Part shown: piece after piece, positions 61,938-64,000 of the stretch
How positions within the stretch are numbered: the stretch's first letter is position 1
Layout of the letters: every line of letters starts with the position of its first letter
Assembly (NCBI GenBank): GCA_963767005.1
Contig: CAVYCN010000012.1
Coordinates: 109,089-173,088, forward strand
Length of the DNA stretch: 64,000 nucleotides
Reading direction: 5' to 3'
Origin: an uncultured Actinomycetes bacterium
GTDB taxonomy: Bacteria; Actinomycetota; Thermoleophilia; UBA2241
The notes under the pieces: model-generated
Database searches by the model: none
The model's input: the letters and a program-made list of their open reading frames with translations, nothing else
Told to the model about the DNA's origin: nothing
Made by a program: the position numbers and the translations under genes

Positions 61938-62280
61938 GGTAGGCGCCTACCTGCAGGACATCATCGACGCCTGTGCGGCGATCGAGTCAGACCTTGCCGA
62001 CCTTACCTTCGATGCCTACCTTGCCACACGGGCCGTGCGCTCAGCCGTCGAGCGCGAGTTCATCATCGTCGGTAAGGCAGCCGCCGCGCTTGCTCACCTC
62101 GACGCCGATCTGTTCGACAAGATCAGCCACGGCCGACGCATCGTCGACTTTCGCAACCAGCTCACGCATGCCTACCAGCTCGTCGACGATCGTATCGTGT
62201 GGTTGATCGCCGCCAACGACGTGCCTGTGCTCAGGCGGGAGTGCGAGGAGCTTCTTCGGGGCTTTGCGGGAGAGGCCTAA
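61927..62280 (+). CDS. Cassette 4: HEPN/DUF86 RNase toxin (HepT-like)
   Basis: YLQDI...AVER...FRNQLTHAY (Rx4HxY). Confidence 0.9.
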   Translation: MQREVGAYLQDIIDACAAIESDLADLTFDAYLATRAVRSAVEREFIIVGKAAAALAHLDADLFDKISHGRRIVDFRNQLTHAYQLVDDRIVWLIAANDVPVLRRECEELLRGFAGEA

Positions 62281-62361
62281 CAAGCATTTCGAGCAGACTC
62301 GCCGAATGTCTCTGCCAAGAGCGACCGCCTCGCTCGCAGCTCAAATGCAAGACCGTTAGGC
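62275..62361 (+). repeat. attC4 (87 bp)
   Basis: GCCTAAC...GCATTTcGAGC/GCTCAAATGC...GTTAGGC. Confidence 0.92.
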
Positions 62362-62377
62362 CTACAGAAGACTCGGC

Positions 62378-62841
62378 ATGGCATTGATTACAGATCGGGT
62401 GGCACAGGCCCGCGTCGGCACCAACGACCGCGTCATCGCGCGTCTTCGCTCGGCTGAGCGGTCCTGGGTGACGACCAGCGTCTGCCCGGCTACTGCCTGT
62501 TGCTCCCCGATCCCGTGGTCTCCAGCCTCAACGATCTCTCCGAGCCAGCTCGCGCCGAGTTCCTTTCGGACATGGCGCGGATTGGCGACGTGATCCTCTC
62601 GGTGACCGGAGCCGAACGGGTGAACTACGAGATCCTGGGCAACTCCGAGCCCGAGCTTCATGCCCACATACATCCCCGGTATGCCGACGAACCGGCCGAG
62701 GGCCGCCGCTTGCCGGTGTGGTTCTACGAGCTGCAGGACGCGGTAACGTACTCGCGGCGACGGCCTGCCCGACCTCTGGAGCAGCTTCGTGCGGCCCTGC
62801 AGTCTGAGACCCAACAGGCATTTCGAGCAGGCTCGCAGTAG
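62378..62841 (+). pseudogene. Cassette 5: HIT-family hydrolase pseudogene
   Basis: MALITDRV...IARLRS continues in another frame after a 1-bp loss near 62451, with a TGA at the expected Trp (G*AVLGDDQRLPGYCLLLPDP...NYEILGN..PELHAHIHPRY). Confidence 0.8.
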
Positions 62842-62895
62842 GGTTGCGCCAAGAGCGGGCGTTTCGCTCGCAGGTCAAATGCAATCCCGTTAAGC
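62809..62895 (+). repeat. attC5 (87 bp, partly degenerate)
   Basis: ACCCAAC...GCATTTcGAGC/GGTCAAATGC...GTTAAGC. Confidence 0.88.
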
Positions 62896-62927
62896 CGATG
62901 CGGCCACCGTTGGACCAGGGGCACAGC

Positions 62928-63518
62928 GTGACCATCGGAATCTCGAAGCTGGAGACGTGTCACCGAGACGCCTTCCTTGGGGTGCTGGACGACTGCGACG
63001 CTCACGACCCGAGAAACGGCGAGTTCTACCTGGCCGGGCGCGCCGACTTCAATGCCTATGTGCAGGGCCTGCACGACATGGAGCGTGGTATCAACCTGCC
63101 GCAGGGCTGGGTTCCCAGCTCCAACCGCTGGCTGTTCGACGACGCCGGCGAGATCTGCGGCGTGGTTCGAGTCAGGCACAACATCGACACGCCGTTTCTA
63201 GCCGGGGAGGCGGGTCACATCGGCTACGACGTGCCGCCGAGCAAGCGCGGGCGTGGCTACGGTGTAGCAAGCCTGCGCGCGGGACTGGCCGAGGCGCGAC
63301 GGCTCGGGCTGATGCGGGTGCTGCTGTGCGCGAACACGGGTAACCCCGCATCCTGGCGCACCATTGAAGCCTGCAGCGGTGTGTTCGAGCGCGAGTTCCA
63401 CTCGGAGTTCTTTGGCTGTCTGGTGCGCCGCTACTGGATCGACGTTTCCCAGGCACAAGGTCACGGTGCACTGGCCCAACAAGCAGTTAGAGCAGACGCC
63501 GCCCGCAGGTATGCTTGA
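62928..63518 (+). CDS. Cassette 6: GNAT-family acetyltransferase
   Basis: GWVP...VRH...GHIGYDVPPSKRGRGYG...NPASWRTIE..G; reads through attC R''. Confidence 0.85.
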   Translation: MTIGISKLETCHRDAFLGVLDDCDAHDPRNGEFYLAGRADFNAYVQGLHDMERGINLPQGWVPSSNRWLFDDAGEICGVVRVRHNIDTPFLAGEAGHIGYDVPPSKRGRGYGVASLRAGLAEARRLGLMRVLLCANTGNPASWRTIEACSGVFEREFHSEFFGCLVRRYWIDVSQAQGHGALAQQAVRADAARRYA

Positions 63519-63567
63519 GTTCGCAACGCAACCGGCGCGGCGCAGCTCAAGTGCAGCGACGCTAGAC
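63474..63567 (+). repeat. attC6 (94 bp, degenerate core)
   Basis: GCCCAAC...GCAGTTaGAGC/GCTCAAGTGC...GCTAGAC (GTT changed to GCT). Confidence 0.8.
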
Positions 63568-63581
63568 CAACACGAGGTGAA

Positions 63582-64000
63582 GTGAAGTGAAGCTGGACAC
63601 GGGTGGCAGCGGTGGCTGCGGCTTTGGCCACCCTCAGCCTCGCCGCCTGTTCGAACCACGGCGGGACCGCGCAGTCACTCCCGCACGCCCGTTCCTACCA
63701 GACCCTCCGGGCGCTGTGGCGTGCGTCCGCCACCGCCGGTGGTCCGCGGAACCAGCCCCATGTTGTCCACGCGCCATTCTCCAAGACGGCAGCCCTGGGT
63801 CGACTGTTGCCGACGGCCTCGCCGTATGGCGCAGTGCTCGTCGCCACGCCGGGCGGTGGCTTCGCGCTCAAGGACGGCACCCCGGCCGCCAACGCGCTCT
63901 GCGCCCTCTTCCCGGGGCGTGTGCCGAGGGCCGAATGCGACGCGTTCGCCGGCTCGTTCTACGGCGGCGCCGGCTGGCGCACCGTCGTGCAACGGATACG
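63582..64000 (+). CDS. Cassette 7: putative lipoprotein, partial, possibly with an early nonsense codon
   Basis: GTG AAG TGA AGC TGG ACA CGG GTG...: SWTRVAAVAAALATLSLAAC lipobox; frame open to the window end. Confidence 0.5.

Larger units (their letters stand above)
58712..64000 (+). mobile_element. Integron: intI + attI-like site + array of at least 7 cassettes (extends beyond window)
   Basis: intI followed by short co-oriented ORFs, each cassette ending in an RYYYAAC...GTTRRRY attC. Confidence 0.93.

Noticed and set aside
60222-63567. Regularly recurring repeats read as a CRISPR array
   Set aside because: The units are 87-94 bp imperfect palindromes with RYYYAAC/GTTRRRY ends separated by whole genes, next to IntI and with no cas genes: they are attC sites.

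Overview
A very GC-rich bacterial chromosomal segment. The GC level (about 70% by eye) and the many leaderless TANNNT-N6-8-ATG starts suggest Actinomycetota, possibly Thermoleophilia; this is inference, as there is no marker gene. In order, the window holds: a partial aspartase/fumarase-family gene; a BCP/PrxQ peroxiredoxin with an in-frame TGA at the catalytic position plus a SECIS-like hairpin (a likely selenoprotein that the ORF track splits); a ferredoxin, an MBL hydrolase and cspA; rrf2-metY-metX-metW; murB; an ECF sigma/anti-sigma pair; fabI; a GH4/PfkB/GatZ/ABC/SIS/DeoR sugar cluster; a split (b6 + subunit IV) Rieske/cytochrome b complex with a dihaem cytochrome c; a peptide uptake/recycling cluster; tyrosine phenol-lyase; an orphan AprAB-like pair; DUF2252; TetR/mmsA; a Fur-DUF71-btuFCD operon; cobU-T-S-C behind a cobalamin riboswitch; USP genes with a NarL-type two-component system; and a Crp/Fnr-ferredoxin-non-canonical CooS locus with an FNR-type box. 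The right end is an integron. Its intI is transcribed toward a downstream attI-like site and an array of at least seven cassettes separated by six attC sites (Imm40-like, hypothetical, hicBA, MNT-HEPN, HIT pseudogene, GNAT, lipoprotein), and the array runs off the window. The most notable items are this inverted-integrase integron in an apparent actinobacterial host, the selenocysteine peroxiredoxin, and the CooS-V-like CODH in an hcp-like regulatory context.
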